A DNA stretch of 64,000 bases from Candidatus Acidiferrum sp. (GCA_035271845.1 DATERF010000072.1:1878-65877); one strand, 5' to 3'. Positions 1 through 10,000 are shown, numbered from the stretch's first letter. A program made the numbers and translations. The notes: generated by a model not told the origin, from the sequence alone.

Positions 1-2
1 AC

Positions 3-3000
3 AACCTCGGCTTGGTGTACAAGGATTCGGCGCAGCCGGAAAAAGCGATCGCCGCGTTTCAGCATGTGGAAAAGATGGCTCCGGATGAACCGGACGCATT
101 TTATTTCGAAGGATTTTTGTTCTCGCAGCTGCAGAAATACGACGAAGCGATCGCCGCTTTCAAGAAAGCGCTAGAGATCGCGCCGTACCATGCTTCCGCG
201 CAATTCGGACTCGCACGGGCCTACCAGCGCAAAGGAGACACGGAAGCGGCGCGCGAAGGAATGAAGCATTTTCAGAAGCTTACTTCGGAGCACTTGGGAA
301 CGCCGTTCGGCGCAGGATATGGGGACCAAGGGAAATTCTCGCTGGCAGAATTTGTGCATGGCACTAGCAGCGGCGCTCCTGCAGAAATTCCGGTGCACTA
401 TGCGGCCAAAACGGTGGCGGAGTCGAAGGGCGCGAGCAACGGAGTGTGCTTGCTTGATTATGACGGCGACGGCAAGCCGGATTTATTTTTTGTCGCGGCT
501 GCGCAAGGCAAGAGTCAGTTGCTGAGAAATTTGGGTGCCGGGAAGTTTGAAGATGCCACGGCGAAGGCGGGACTGGCGACGGTGGGAACGGGGTTTGGGT
601 GCGCGGCGGGGGATTTTGACAATGATGGAGCGACCGATCTGGCGGTGTGCGAGGCTGATGGCGTACGACTGTTTCACAACGAGGGGAATGGAAAATTCGC
701 GGATGTAACGCAAAAAGTGGGAATCGTCCGAGAGAGGGGTTGCGTCAGTGCAACATTTGTGGACTATGACCACGATGGCGATCTGGATTTGTATTTGACA
801 ATGGAGCCATCCAAGCCGGGGAACACGCCAAAAGATAAGCGGAAAAACAAAATGTGGCGCAATAACGGGAATTCCACATTTACGGATGTTTCCGCGGAAT
901 CCGGATTGGGCGTGGACGCCACCGGGGCCGATGTGGCGGTCACGGACTTCAATAATGACCGCGCGATTGATTTTGTCGTGGCGGGAGGCGACGCCGGCGC
1001 GGCGATCTATTTGAATCCACGCGAGGGAAAATTCACGGCATTGCCGGGTATTGATCTTGCAAAGGAAAAGCTGCCCCCAGTAGTGGGTGTGGCCGTTTTC
1101 GATTTCAACAAAGACGGGTGGATGGATCTTGCGTTCACGCACGCGGGCGCGCCGGGGATCAGTTTGTGGCGCAACGTGCTGGGCAAAGGGCTGGAACGCG
1201 TATCGTTGCCGGATTTCGGATGGAAACAAGGCTGGGGCGTGGCGTCGATTGATTACGACAATGATGGCTGGCTGGATTTGGTGGCAGTCGGGGAGGGTGC
1301 GAACGGCGGAGAGGTCCGCGTCCTTCGAAACTTGGGCGATGCGGGGTGGAGCGACGTCACGAAAAAATTGCAGCTTGATGGCGTGAAGTTGAATCAGCCG
1401 CGCGCGCTGGCGGTGGCGGACTTTAAGGGCGATGGAAGTCCAGACTTGGTGGTGACGCAAGCTTCGGGCGCGCCCGTGCTGCTGGAGAATATTGGCGCGA
1501 ACAAAAATCACTGGATGCAGGTGGACTTGAAAGCGTTGAACGACAACAGGAGCGGCATCGGAACGAAAGTGGAAATTTACGCCGGGGCGCTGTATCAGAA
1601 ATTTGAGGTGAATGGCTCGTCCGGATACCTTGGACGGAATTCGGGGATGCTGCTGGTGGGCCTAGGCTCCGAAAAAGTGGCGGACGCGGCACGATTGCTG
1701 TGGCCGACGGGCGTGCCGCAGGACGAAATCGACTTGGCCGCGAACAAAACCCAGAAGATCGGAGAATTGGACCGGCGAGGAAGTTCGTGTCCGATTCTGT
1801 TTTCGTGGAATGGGAAGGAATACGAGTTCATCGCGGACATGATCGGGCCCGGCGTCGTAGGCCACTGGATCGCGCCGGGAGAGCGCGATGTGCCCGACCC
1901 AGATGAATACCTGAAGGTTGCGGTGAAGAGCGTGCGTGCGAAAAACGGACTGCTCAGTTTCCGGTTCCTGGAGCCGATGGAAGAGACAGTGTATCTGGAT
2001 CAAGTAAGGCTCGTGGCGGTGGATCATCCTTCGAACATCGAAGTGAATCCCAATGAGCGCTTCGTGAGCAATCCGCCGTTCCCGGAATTCCGTGTGGTCG
2101 CCTCGCAGAACGCACGCGTGCCTGCGGGCGCGTGGGATGATCGCGGGCAAAATGTATTGCCGCTGCTGGCGAGGCGCGACCGCCAGTACGTCACTGATTT
2201 CGAAGGCTTGCCGTTTACGGGCTTTGCAAAATTGCACTGGATTGAACTGGATCTGGGCGCGTGGGACGCCGCGAAACCACTGCGGTTGCTGCTGGATGGC
2301 TACACGGACTACTTTACCGCGACGTCGATGTATGCGGCAGATCAGGCGGGGATCAAGGTGATTGCGCCGTATGTGGAAGCGCAGGACGCACAAGGTAAGT
2401 GGGTGCGCGTTGTGGAGGACATGGGCTTTCCCGCGGGCCTGGCGCGGACGATGGTGACGGACCTGACGGGGAAAATCCCGGTGGGCACGCGGCGAATCCG
2501 AATTGTTTCGGACCTGAAAATCTACTGGGATTCCGTGCGCATTGACCAGACGCCGGAGCAGAAGGATGTGCGCATCAGCGAAGTGCCGCTGGCCACAGCG
2601 GAATTAGCGTTTCTGGGATACCCGAAGGAAATTCGGCTGCACCCGGCAAGTGATACGGTGTATTCGTACACGCATCGAAGTCTCACGGGACCGTATGCGC
2701 ATGCGGCGGGAAATTACACGCGTTACGGCGACGTGAAGAATCTGCTGAGCAGGTCTGACGACAAATTTACGGTGTTCAGTTCCGGGGAGGGCGTGAAACT
2801 GGAGTTCGATCCCGCGGGGTTGCCGGCTCTGCCTATAGGTTGGGTGCGGGATTACTTTTTCTATGCGGACGGATTTGAGAAGGATTTGGATTTTTACGCT
2901 GCCAATGCGTTCACGGTGGAGCCGCTGCCCAGGCACGGACTGATCGCCTACCCGTATCCCGAAGGCCAGGAGTATCCGACGGACGCAGACCATCTTGGAT

Positions 3001-3080
3001 ACGAGTTCGACTACAATACGCGGCAGCGTTCGGATCGCATGCCGGGGAATTTGCGCTACGAATATCCCGCTCCAAAGTGA
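3..3080 (+). CDS. TPR + FG-GAP/VCBS repeat + ASPIC/UnbV domain protein (CRTAC1-like), 5'-truncated by the window
   Basis: Frame is open from position 3 (NLGLVYK...). N-terminal TPR helices (AIAAFKKALEIAPYHASAQFGLARAY); repeated DxDxDGxxDL motifs (DYDGDGKPDL, DFDNDGATDL, DYDHDGDLDL, DFNKDGWMDL, DYDNDGWLDL); UnbV-like NRSGIGTKVEI...GLG...WPTG; C-terminal SCPILFSWNG domain. Confidence 0.85.
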   Translation, partial: NLGLVYKDSAQPEKAIAAFQHVEKMAPDEPDAFYFEGFLFSQLQKYDEAIAAFKKALEIAPYHASAQFGLARAYQRKGDTEAAREGMKHFQKLTSEHLGTPFGAGYGDQGKFSLAEFVHGTSSGAPAEIPVHYAAKTVAESKGASNGVCLLDYDGDGKPDLFFVAAAQGKSQLLRNLGAGKFEDATAKAGLATVGTGFGCAAGDFDNDGATDLAVCEADGVRLFHNEGNGKFADVTQKVGIVRERGCVSATFVDYDHDGDLDLYLTMEPSKPGNTPKDKRKNKMWRNNGNSTFTDVSAESGLGVDATGADVAVTDFNNDRAIDFVVAGGDAGAAIYLNPREGKFTALPGIDLAKEKLPPVVGVAVFDFNKDGWMDLAFTHAGAPGISLWRNVLGKGLERVSLPDFGWKQGWGVASIDYDNDGWLDLVAVGEGANGGEVRVLRNLGDAGWSDVTKKLQLDGVKLNQPRALAVADFKGDGSPDLVVTQASGAPVLLENIGANKNHWMQVDLKALNDNRSGIGTKVEIYAGALYQKFEVNGSSGYLGRNSGMLLVGLGSEKVADAARLLWPTGVPQDEIDLAANKTQKIGELDRRGSSCPILFSWNGKEYEFIADMIGPGVVGHWIAPGERDVPDPDEYLKVAVKSVRAKNGLLSFRFLEPMEETVYLDQVRLVAVDHPSNIEVNPNERFVSNPPFPEFRVVASQNARVPAGAWDDRGQNVLPLLARRDRQYVTDFEGLPFTGFAKLHWIELDLGAWDAAKPLRLLLDGYTDYFTATSMYAADQAGIKVIAPYVEAQDAQGKWVRVVEDMGFPAGLARTMVTDLTGKIPVGTRRIRIVSDLKIYWDSVRIDQTPEQKDVRISEVPLATAELAFLGYPKEIRLHPASDTVYSYTHRSLTGPYAHAAGNYTRYGDVKNLLSRSDDKFTVFSSGEGVKLEFDPAGLPALPIGWVRDYFFYADGFEKDLDFYAANAFTVEPLPRHGLIAYPYPEGQEYPTDADHLGYEFDYNTRQRSDRMPGNLRYEYPAPK

Positions 3081-3090
3081 GGAATCGTTG

Positions 3091-4164
3091 ATGCGCAGAA
3101 GCGGTGCCTCCACTATCCGCGATGTGGCTCGAGAGAGCGGCTACTCCGCATCTACCGTTTCGATCGTGCTGAATAACGCGCCGCTGTCGCGCTACATTCC
3201 GGGCGAAACCAAGGAGCGAATCCAGACGGCCGCGCGGCAATTGGGCTACCGGCCGAATCCCTTGGCGCGCTCGCTGAGAAGCCAACGTTCGAACATCGTG
3301 GGCGTGATGGTGTTCGATATTATGGATCCATTCTGCACGCCGATTCTGCGCGGATTGGAAAATGCGCTTTATCAAGGAAACTACCTTTCACTGCTCGCCG
3401 ACGCGCACAACGAACCGCACCGTTTTGAGCGGTATCTGGAAATGCTGCTGGACCGGCGGGTGGAAGGTCTGATTGTGATTGCGAACTGGCTGGTGACAGA
3501 CATCAAAGTACTTGCGGATTTGACGGAGAAGCAAATACCAACGGTGATCGCCGGAAGAGCGTTTGAAATTGAGAATATCAGCACAGTTTCCGTGGACAAT
3601 GAAAGCGGAGCGGCACTGGCGCTGGAGCATCTTTATCAACTGGGACATCGCGAGATCGCGTTCTTGAAAGGGCCAAAAACGCTGACGAGCAGCGGACAGA
3701 GATGGAAGGGCATTCGCGCATATGCGCAGTCGGTGGGATTGCGTCTGGATGCAAAGCGAATTGCGGAATTGCCAGAATCGTTGGATCCGAATTCCAGTTT
3801 TGAAGCGGGCGCGCAATTGACGAGCGAATTGCTGCAAGCGGGAAAACCGTTTACGGCGCTGCTGGCCTATGACGATGTGACGGCGCTGGGGGCCTTGCGG
3901 GCGCTGAAGCAAAAAGGGTTGCGTGTGCCGGAAGATTGTTCCGTGATTGGATTCGACGATGTGGCGCAGGCCAGCCTTTCGGTGCCTTCTCTGACGACCG
4001 TGCGGCAACCGATGGAGGCGATGGGGTCGATGAGTGTGGGGATGATTCTGGACGCGATTAAGGCGGTGAATCAGAAGCAGGACATTCCCGTACTGCGGAG
4101 GAAGATTCCAGCGGAGCTTATAGTGCGCGAGTCCACGCAACTCATCGGATCCTCCTCAGGATGA
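3091..4164 (+). CDS. LacI family transcriptional regulator
   Basis: TIRDVARESGYSASTVSIVLN HTH, YRPNPLARSL hinge, VPEDCSVIGFDD and PSLTTVRQP sugar-binding motifs. ATG 3091 follows a GAGGA RBS. Confidence 0.95.
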   Translation: MRRSGASTIRDVARESGYSASTVSIVLNNAPLSRYIPGETKERIQTAARQLGYRPNPLARSLRSQRSNIVGVMVFDIMDPFCTPILRGLENALYQGNYLSLLADAHNEPHRFERYLEMLLDRRVEGLIVIANWLVTDIKVLADLTEKQIPTVIAGRAFEIENISTVSVDNESGAALALEHLYQLGHREIAFLKGPKTLTSSGQRWKGIRAYAQSVGLRLDAKRIAELPESLDPNSSFEAGAQLTSELLQAGKPFTALLAYDDVTALGALRALKQKGLRVPEDCSVIGFDDVAQASLSVPSLTTVRQPMEAMGSMSVGMILDAIKAVNQKQDIPVLRRKIPAELIVRESTQLIGSSSG

Positions 4165-4172
4165 CGACGAAG

Positions 4173-5315
4173 TTAAGCGCCCACGGTGACCCAGGATTTG
4201 TGTTGGGCGCTTTCGGCGATCGCTTCGCAGAGGACGAGTTCTTCGTGGCCCGTTTCGAAGGTCGGGAAAGAGCGAGGCGCGCGCAGATCACCGGCAGCAA
4301 GGTAACCGTAAACATCCTTGAAGAGTTGCACGAAGGTGTCGGGATAGCCTTCGGGATGTCCCCCGGGATAAGCTGCATAACCGCGCGATTCGGGGGTTTG
4401 AAGAGCGGGGTCCTTCGGAAGCATTTCGCACGCGCGATCGCGCCTGCCAATCCACAATTGATTCGGTGATTCCGAATCGAACGCCAATGAGCCTTCCGAG
4501 CCATCAATTTCAAACCACAGGCGGGCTTTGCGACCGGGGCTGACTTGGGAAACGGTCATGACGCCGCGCGCTTCGTTTTCGAAATGAAGCAGAACCGATG
4601 CGTAGTCATCCGTGGAGATCATGACCTCTTCGGTTTCCGCCATAATTGATTTCTGGAAAGTTTCCACGCGACTCTTGGGGCGGCGGCGCGTCGGAAGCAC
4701 GGTGGCGAGGTCGGCGCAAAGTTCGGAAACTTTGCTGCTGGTCAGCCAAGTGACGAGATCCAGCCAATGCGTGCCGATGTCCGAAACGGCGCGAAGGTCG
4801 CCACCGAGTTTTGCTTCGAGACGCCAGTTCCAATCGGTGGGAAACAGAAGCCAGTCCTGCAAAAAACTGCCGTGAACCAGTTTGACCTGCCCAATGGCGC
4901 CCTTGCGAATCAGAGCGCGGGTTTCCTGGCACAAGGGATAGTAGCGGAGATTGTAGGTTACGGTGCCCACTAGACCTGTTTCTTTTAGTAGCGAGACGAG
5001 GGCCGCGGACTCGCGTGAATCGAGCGCCAAAGGCTTTTCGCAGAGGACGTGTTTGCCGGCGCGAAGCAACTGGCTGGCTTCCTGAAAGTGGAGATGATTT
5101 GGCGTGCAGAGGTGAACGACTTGCACGGAAGCGTCGGCGGCAAGTTCGTCCAGAGAATTGTAGGCGCGGGGGAGACGGAGCGATTCGCTGGCTGCCTTCG
5201 AACGCTCTGGAGTGCTGCCGAGCACGCCTTGCACGGAAATGCCGAGTCGCCGGAGAGCGTCCAGGTGGGCGCGCCCCACAAATCCCAAGCCAACGATTGC
5301 TGCATTCAGTTGCAT
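4173..5315 (-). CDS. Gfo/Idh/MocA family oxidoreductase
   Basis: GLGFVG Rossmann motif, HVLCEKPLA, DIGTHWLD. Confidence 0.93.
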   Translation of the reverse strand: MQLNAAIVGLGFVGRAHLDALRRLGISVQGVLGSTPERSKAASESLRLPRAYNSLDELAADASVQVVHLCTPNHLHFQEASQLLRAGKHVLCEKPLALDSRESAALVSLLKETGLVGTVTYNLRYYPLCQETRALIRKGAIGQVKLVHGSFLQDWLLFPTDWNWRLEAKLGGDLRAVSDIGTHWLDLVTWLTSSKVSELCADLATVLPTRRRPKSRVETFQKSIMAETEEVMISTDDYASVLLHFENEARGVMTVSQVSPGRKARLWFEIDGSEGSLAFDSESPNQLWIGRRDRACEMLPKDPALQTPESRGYAAYPGGHPEGYPDTFVQLFKDVYGYLAAGDLRAPRSFPTFETGHEELVLCEAIAESAQHKSWVTVGA

Positions 5316-5397
5316 CGGAGCTCCCTTGTACTGTGGCTGTGGCTTTCGATTAACGGTATTCTAGCCCGGATTCGACGCGTCCGCAGGAGTTGGTTGC

Positions 5398-5586
5398 ATG
5401 ACCACCACGACTGGGAAGTGGCAAGGCAAAAACAGTGCGTGGGATCTGGTGCCTTACTTGCGCACTTTGCAGGTAAACAACAAGAGCCCTGAGCTCGCGG
5501 TCTGGGAGAGCACGCCGGAAGGCACGGCCATCGTAGAGGCCAAGAAAGTGGAGGACACCAACACCGGTTCCGGAGTTAAGCCATAA
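5398..5586 (+). pseudogene. Small ORF resembling the C-terminal helix of a c-type cytochrome (probable gene remnant)
   Basis: AWDLVPYLRTLQ resembles the class I cytochrome c terminal helix (WxLVxYLRxL). No CxxCH and no signal peptide; in-frame TAG upstream at 5362-5364. Confidence 0.35.
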
Positions 5587-5619
5587 GCAATAGCTCCAAA
5601 TTTCAGGAGGGGTAAAGGA

Positions 5620-6336
5620 ATGCACACCAAGCATATAATTTTCGCAGCAGTGGCAATGCTTGCTGCCTCGACCATGGCCATTGCCGGGCCGAAGCCGGCA
5701 GGAGGCACAATCAGCGGCAAGGTGACCTACGAAGGGTTACCGCCCAAGATGAAACCAATCGACATGTCCAAGGAACCATCGTGCGCCAACATGTACCCGA
5801 CGCCGCCATCCGCAGAAACGGTTGTGACCGGTACGGGAAATAGCCTGGAAAACGTGGTTGTGTATGTTTCCGCAGGAGCGCCGGACGATGCTGCTCCATC
5901 CACTGCGGCGGTATTTACGCAGAAGGGATGCCGCTACATTCCGCACTTGCTGGCGTTTCAGGTGAATCAGGAATTAAAGATTCAGAATGAGGATCAGACT
6001 TCCCACAACGTCCATCCGCTGCCGAAGCTAAACCGCGAATGGAACAAATCGCAGCCACCCGGCGCGCCGCCGATCAGCGAGAAATATGACAAGGCAGAAA
6101 TTTTTCCGGTGAAGTGCAACGTTCATCCGTGGATGCACGGCACCTTTGCTGTTCTGAAGAACTCGCACTTTGCCGTGACCGGGGATGGTGGCAGGTTTAC
6201 GCTGGCCAATTTGCCGCCGGGCAAATACACGATCACGGCGTGGCACGAATCGTACGGCGAACAGTCGCAGGAAGTGACCATCAGCGGATCGGAAACGAAG
6301 CCGGTCAATTTCGTGTTTAAGGCCAAGCCCTTTTAA
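5620..6336 (+). CDS. Secreted cupredoxin-like / carboxypeptidase-regulatory-like domain protein
   Basis: Signal peptide; GTISGKVTY; HNVH and KCNVHPWM potential type-1 copper ligands; LPPGKYTITAWHE. Confidence 0.8.
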   Translation: MHTKHIIFAAVAMLAASTMAIAGPKPAGGTISGKVTYEGLPPKMKPIDMSKEPSCANMYPTPPSAETVVTGTGNSLENVVVYVSAGAPDDAAPSTAAVFTQKGCRYIPHLLAFQVNQELKIQNEDQTSHNVHPLPKLNREWNKSQPPGAPPISEKYDKAEIFPVKCNVHPWMHGTFAVLKNSHFAVTGDGGRFTLANLPPGKYTITAWHESYGEQSQEVTISGSETKPVNFVFKAKPF

Positions 6337-6480
6337 GCGCTTCGTCGCTACCAGGTCGTTCACTACGAATTTGTGCGACGAGGGTACAAATCGCGGGAAT
6401 CGTCAACCGAGGGCGGCGGAGGCGAGGATCATGGGGAAATTGTTAGCGATAGTGCTCGTAATCGAACCCGCTTTCGTTCA

Positions 6481-6509
6481 TTGACTTGTTACCGTGGCGC
6501 CAATAGCAT
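6481..6509 (+). promoter_or_regulatory. Putative sigma70 promoter upstream of the APC permease
   Basis: TTGACT (6481-6486), 17-nt spacer, TAGCAT (6504-6509). Confidence 0.45.
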
Positions 6510-6553
6510 ACGACTCGATGCGGCTTCCCCCGGCACCTTCCCGCGTGCACTGA

Positions 6554-7876
6554 ATGCCTACACTCGCGCGCAAACTAAATCTTTGGAACTATTTCGCGCT
6601 TGGCTTCGGCACGATGATCGGAACGGGTTGGGTTGTCGTGATGGACGACTGGCTGGGCCGCGGGGGACCAGTCGGTGCAATGCTGGGTTTTGCGCTGGCC
6701 GGTGTGCTGCTGTTGCCGGTGAGCTACGTCTACGGCGAATGGGTGAAGCGCTTGCCGGATGCTTCGGGAGAGGCGGCGTATACCGCGCAGGTTTTCCCGC
6801 CTTTCGTGAGTTACATCACGGGCTGGATCATGTTCCTGGCCTATCTCATTGTGTGTCCTTGGGAAGCGGTGGCGGTCGGAAAGTTAGTGGCGTTCCTGTT
6901 TCCCCAACTGGACGTGTGGGAGTTGTACCGTGTTGCCGGTGAGGCGGTTTTTCTGCCGCGATTGTTGCTCGGCGCAGCGCTTACGATTTTTCTAGCATGG
7001 CTCAATTACCGCGGTGTTCGGGCCAGTGCGGTGTTTCAGAACTGGGCGACAACGTCTGTGCTTGTGGTGTTTCTTTTTCTGGTGGCCGTAAGCGGGCACA
7101 GTGGCCATGCCATCAATTTCAAACCATATTTCAGCCATACCCCGCTACTTTGCATATTGCTCACGCTGCAGATCGTTCCTTATTTCATTACCGGCTTCGA
7201 ATCCGTGCCTAAGGTAGCGGAGGAATCGCATCCGGGATTTCCGCCGGGTGATTTTTTTAAGGCAATCGCCATGGCGCTATTGGTTGGCGCAGGCTTCTAT
7301 GTGCTGGCGGTGGGAGCCGTTGCTTACATTGCACCGTGGCAGGGTCTGGTGGGCAAACGTTTTGCCACAGCGATTGCCTTCGAACAAGGAACACACTCGA
7401 CATGGTTGGCGCGATTGATCCTGGGGATTTCGCTGGTGGGGCTGCTGCAAGTGTTCAATGGCAATTTCGTGGCCGCTTCGCGGTTACTGTTTGCGTTTGG
7501 GCGACGACGCACGATACCGCCGATATTCGCCAAAATTAACGACAAGCATCTGACACCGAGTGTGGCGATCGCTGGAGTAACGGTCGCGACTCTGGTGGGA
7601 TTGCTTGTGGGGGATGCGCTGCTTGTGCCGGTCACAGAAGTGGGGTCCATGGCTTCGGCGTTTGGGTGGCTGGCCGCGTGCGCATCCTTATATATGGCGG
7701 GCCGGGGAGCATGGCTCCGCTTGGTGGCGGCTCTGGGTGCTGCGGTATCTTTGTTGCTTGTGCTGATAAAGTGGATTCCTGGCGTACCCGGACATTTCAC
7801 GTTGACGGAGTGGATCGCTCTGGGGGTGTGGCTAGCGCTGGGATTGCTATTCCATCTAGGTCCCCGGACCGCGTGA
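6554..7876 (+). CDS. APC family amino acid permease
   Basis: LARKL...GFGTMIGTG TM1 motif, GFESVPKVAEE TM6 motif, SRLLFAFGR; about 12 TM segments. Confidence 0.92.
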   Translation: MPTLARKLNLWNYFALGFGTMIGTGWVVVMDDWLGRGGPVGAMLGFALAGVLLLPVSYVYGEWVKRLPDASGEAAYTAQVFPPFVSYITGWIMFLAYLIVCPWEAVAVGKLVAFLFPQLDVWELYRVAGEAVFLPRLLLGAALTIFLAWLNYRGVRASAVFQNWATTSVLVVFLFLVAVSGHSGHAINFKPYFSHTPLLCILLTLQIVPYFITGFESVPKVAEESHPGFPPGDFFKAIAMALLVGAGFYVLAVGAVAYIAPWQGLVGKRFATAIAFEQGTHSTWLARLILGISLVGLLQVFNGNFVAASRLLFAFGRRRTIPPIFAKINDKHLTPSVAIAGVTVATLVGLLVGDALLVPVTEVGSMASAFGWLAACASLYMAGRGAWLRLVAALGAAVSLLLVLIKWIPGVPGHFTLTEWIALGVWLALGLLFHLGPRTA

Positions 7877-7923
7877 AGAGTGGCCTCGTGTATACTTTTT
7901 GGGAGCCTGACCAACACTGACGA

Positions 7924-9303
7924 ATGATTCCTTACCTTCATCTGGGACCGCTGACAATACCCACATTTGGATTGATGGTTGCCCTGGCGCTGATTGCGGC
8001 CGCCTATATTCTGCAAGCGGATTTCGACCGGCGGGGGATGAAGGCCGACGCGTTTTTCATGATCACCGTGGCCGGGTTGGCGGGCATTCTGGGAGCGAAG
8101 TTCTATCATTTACTCGAGCCTGGGAATCGCGCGGATTTTTTTGCAGATCCTTGGCCGTTGCTATTCAGCCGCTATGGCTTCGCCTGGTTTGGCGGGTTTC
8201 TCGGCGGCTTTGGAGCGATGCTGTTGTTGGGCAAGCGCGCCAGGTTGCCTTTGCTGCAATTTCTGGATGCGTGTTCGCCGGCGGCTGCGTTTGGCTACGG
8301 CATCGGCCGCATCGGTTGCTTTCTCTCCGGCGATGGCGATTACGGCAAGCCGACTTCTTTGCCCTGGGGCATGAGCTTTCCGAACGGCGTCGTGCCTACA
8401 ACGCAACGCGTGCATCCGGCGCCGCTTTATGAACTGATTATTTGGTGCGCGATCGGAGCGTTCCTTTGGCACATGGGGACGAAATCCCTGAAGGGGCCCA
8501 AGGCCAAGGGCGAAATTTTCTGCACTTACCTGATCCTCACCGGTGTCGCGCGCTTCCTGGTGGAGATTATCCGCATCAACCCGCCTTGGATACTCGGCAT
8601 GTCCAATGCACAAGTGGCCAGCGTGGCTTCTATTCTTGCCGGCGCGGTGCTTCTTTGGCGTATCAAAAGCCAGTACCACGCGCTAAAAAAAGAACACCGC
8701 ATCGTGGAACACATTGTTTCCCACGGAGATGTGTTGCAGGCTGAGTATCATCGTCCAACACTCGAATGTCCGCACCCGGAACGGTGGCATATGTATGACT
8801 CGATGAGCGCGGAAGTGGAAGTTCTCGATTTTCTGAAGGCGCTGGTTACCACAATTAAGCCGGAACTCGTGGTGGAGACCGGCACGTTTTCCGGGCTCAG
8901 CACGCTACGTATTGCGGAAGGGTTGAAAGAAAATGGCGTGGGTCGCGTGATTACGTGCGAGTGGGACAAGAAAGTGTACGAAGCGGCAAAAGGACGCTTC
9001 GCTGAATCCGGCCTGGGGAAATGGATCGAGGCGCGCAATGAATCCAGCCTGGAGATGAAGGTCGACGGGACTATCGACATGCTTTTTTGCGATAGCGATC
9101 CCGAACTGCGCGAGCAGGAGGTGCGACGCTTCCTGCCGCTGATGAATCCTTACGGACTTATTTTAATTCATGACGCGAGTTCGCACATGAAAAGCGTGCG
9201 GGAAGGCGCGCTGCGCCTCGAGGCCGAAGGACTCATCTCCGTGCTGCTTCTGCCCACCCCACGCGGCCTGGTGCTAGCCCAAAAACGCGAAGGCCGCAAA
9301 TAA
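7924..9303 (+). CDS. lgt: Prolipoprotein diacylglyceryl transferase fused to a C-terminal class I SAM-dependent methyltransferase
   Basis: Lgt motifs GYGIGRIGCFLSGDGDYG, HPAPLYE, RFLVEIIR in residues 1 to ~250. C-terminal PELVVETGTFSGLST...ITCEWD...DMLFCDSD...ILIHD is Methyltransf_24-like. Single uninterrupted frame. Confidence 0.88.
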   Translation: MIPYLHLGPLTIPTFGLMVALALIAAAYILQADFDRRGMKADAFFMITVAGLAGILGAKFYHLLEPGNRADFFADPWPLLFSRYGFAWFGGFLGGFGAMLLLGKRARLPLLQFLDACSPAAAFGYGIGRIGCFLSGDGDYGKPTSLPWGMSFPNGVVPTTQRVHPAPLYELIIWCAIGAFLWHMGTKSLKGPKAKGEIFCTYLILTGVARFLVEIIRINPPWILGMSNAQVASVASILAGAVLLWRIKSQYHALKKEHRIVEHIVSHGDVLQAEYHRPTLECPHPERWHMYDSMSAEVEVLDFLKALVTTIKPELVVETGTFSGLSTLRIAEGLKENGVGRVITCEWDKKVYEAAKGRFAESGLGKWIEARNESSLEMKVDGTIDMLFCDSDPELREQEVRRFLPLMNPYGLILIHDASSHMKSVREGALRLEAEGLISVLLLPTPRGLVLAQKREGRK

Positions 9304-9348
9304 TCGGCATCCGTTTTAAATTAACTTATTTTGAATCGTACAGCGAAA

Positions 9349-9744
9349 CTAAGAGAGGCGCTTAATACCGGGAAAGTTGTCGAACCCGGAATCAAAGGTT
9401 AGAATTCGCTCGATTCCGTGCCGCTGCATGACGGCCACATGGACCGCCTCACGGGCAGATAAGTCACGATACCCCAATACAATCTGCTTTGCACGTTCCA
9501 AGACTTCCCGATCAACGGGGAGCACCTGGTCTACGATCCCAAGCAACGTGTCGTAGGCCGGTTGGATCGCGTCCCGACGGTTAATGGCGACATAGCGGTG
9601 CAGAATTTCCTGTAACACTTCGGCATCAGTGAGCAAGCGCTGGCGATCCGCGACCAGTCGTTCCAATAATCGTTGCGCCTCCGTCTTGTGCACATGAGTC
9701 GCCCCAACAAGGTACATTGGAATATTAGAATCTATCAGAATCAC
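9349..9744 (-). CDS. vapC: VapC family PIN-domain toxin
   Basis: [33 protein letters not shown] motifs; 131 aa. Confidence 0.92.
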   Translation of the reverse strand: MILIDSNIPMYLVGATHVHKTEAQRLLERLVADRQRLLTDAEVLQEILHRYVAINRRDAIQPAYDTLLGIVDQVLPVDREVLERAKQIVLGYRDLSAREAVHVAVMQRHGIERILTFDSGFDNFPGIKRLS

Positions 9745-9998
9745 TGATGAACGCCAGTTCCGTAGCCCTGCTCGATCTCCGCCAACATATCGTCGATGTC
9801 GCTCACGGGGAATTCATACCTAGCCGCCGCGCGGATGGCATCGAGCTTCCTGTCGATAGTACCGACAGGCTCCCGGCGACATGCCAATGACAGGGCCTGA
9901 CGAACCCATTCGGCGATGGACATGTGCCGCGAACGCGCCACTCGTTGGATTTCCCGGTATTCGGGGTCTTGGAGGATGACCTGCAGTCGTTTAGCCAT
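9741..9998 (-). CDS. Antitoxin (ribbon-helix-helix/CopG-like), VapB partner
   Basis: MAKRLQVIL beta strand plus [10 protein letters not shown] helix; acidic C-terminus; 4-nt ATGA overlap with the toxin gene. Confidence 0.85.
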   Translation of the reverse strand: MAKRLQVILQDPEYREIQRVARSRHMSIAEWVRQALSLACRREPVGTIDRKLDAIRAAARYEFPVSDIDDMLAEIEQGYGTGVHQ

Positions 9999-10000
9999 GA

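Noticed and set aside
6551-6553. In-frame TGA just before the APC permease ATG as a possible Sec codon
   Set aside because: No redox motif context and no downstream SECIS-like hairpin; the permease is complete from 6554.
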